From Vicugna vicugna (taxonomy: Eukaryota), in contig MU058687.1 of assembly GCA_013265495.1 (NCBI GenBank), forward strand, positions 5,020,093 through 5,084,092: 64,000 bases of DNA, written 5' to 3'. Shown piece by piece: positions 63,031 through 64,000 of this stretch. Under the pieces are notes generated by a model. The model saw only the letters and a list, made by a program, of their open reading frames with translations. It made no database searches and was not told where the DNA came from. A program made the translations under genes and the position numbers. Position 1 is the stretch's first letter; every line of letters starts with the position of its first letter.

Positions 63031-64000
63031 TGTGTATCAAGTTTTTTTTTTTAAGCCTAAAGATTTTTATTTTAAACTGAGATCATAGCCAACAGAAAAT
63101 TTATAGGAAATGTGTGAAAATGCAGTCATCTTCTTCCCACATTGTTGCCACACGAGGCAGTAGATTATTGACCCATTTAGGGGTCATACCGACAACTCTC
63201 TGTTCTGTTGTTGATCACTGGAGGAACCACCATGGTGGAAGCAATTCATGGGGCCTGGAAGTGGCTAGTGGTACAGACTCACTCAACAATTGTCTGCTCT
63301 AGCAATGCAGTCGATGGTATCACCTTCCTACACTGAGGACAGGTTAGTGGGCAAACTAGAGCAGTGATTCCCAAGTTCAAGTGCAAAACTAGTGTCAAGC
63401 TATGCCAAAACCTTCACCCATCTATAGTGAAATGAGAAACGTAAGGACGATACAGTGAGTTTCCAGAAAGGTAGATTTACAGAACTGCCCTATATTCTGA
63501 GATTATATCTTGTGGGTTTGGGGGTTTTTGTTTTGATGGTTAAAATCAATGTCTTTTACAAAAATAGTGTTTTGTTGCTATTTGTAACATCTTTACTTAG
63601 CAAAATAAAACTTGGCGACTGTATGTTAATCGTTCCTGGCAGATTCTTCTTTGACATTTTACTGGTCTATGAAAACAAATAAACCAATATCCCCAAACCA
63701 GAAAACTTTAAAGAGATTTAAAGTGTTATCTATGTTGTCACAACCAGATTTAGTAGACTTTGAAGACTGAAGACCTTTCTAAGTCTAAAATTTGATTATA
63801 AACTAAATGATCTTAAAACCAAGCCATTTATTTTACTCAGGCCCCAGTATCCTGGGCATAGGTCACTTAGATACTAAGTATAAGATCATTTTTGAATCTC
63901 AGTACAAAGAAATATATTAAAGGCACAAAACAGAATGAGAGATTTCAAAAAAAAATTCCAGAATAAATGTTATTAGAAAGCTAAAATCAGTTTACAAACA

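Larger units (their letters stand above)
1..64000 (+). other. NRXN3: Intragenic segment of neurexin-3 (the two introns flanking the Cys-loop exon)
   Basis: Single NRXN3 exon at 48258-48336; neither the preceding exon nor the TM-encoding last exon is found, consistent with the very large introns known for neurexin genes. Confidence 0.9.

Noticed and set aside
63641..63682. DILL peptide resembling a recalled short rat secreted tail
   Set aside because: No AG acceptor in front and the match is only four residues
48346..64000. Known NRXN3 AS5 GPI exon (ARSSNAAR...) and TM-encoding last exon
   Set aside because: Not found by reading; presumably beyond the window end
1..64000. CRISPR array, operon or other prokaryotic system; remaining short six-frame ORFs
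   Set aside because: Mammalian intron; no repeat-spacer array; short ORFs fall in repeats or lack splice and homology support

Overview
Mammalian genomic DNA, most likely a camelid (camelid-type tRNA-derived SINEs and L1 3' ends). The window lies on the + strand inside the 3' part of the neurexin-3 gene (NRXN3). It holds one confidently recognisable coding exon, 48258-48336 ([26 protein letters not shown], the stalk/Cys-loop exon just upstream of alternative splice site 5), with tandem splice donors. The rest is intron: ERV1 and MaLR solo LTRs, a young L1 3' end with a perfect 16-bp TSD and a 93-N assembly gap, SINEs, MIR/L2 relics, hAT DNA-transposon relics, microsatellites and several repeat-free, motif-rich blocks that look like conserved regulatory DNA. 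The most interesting signal is 5-8 kb downstream of the exon: a cluster of in-frame splice acceptors followed by stop codons (53836, 56368, 56418/56421, 56654). One of them would add a textbook GPI-anchor signal (AAPRAALPALCVVLFLYLLSSA*) different from the known NRXN3 AS5 GPI exon; two resemble secreted rat neurexin-3 C-termini as I recall them. These exon calls are inferences that need RNA-seq and conservation support. Repeat family names come from recalled consensus sequences, not from a RepeatMasker run. No prokaryote-type systems (CRISPR etc.) are present.
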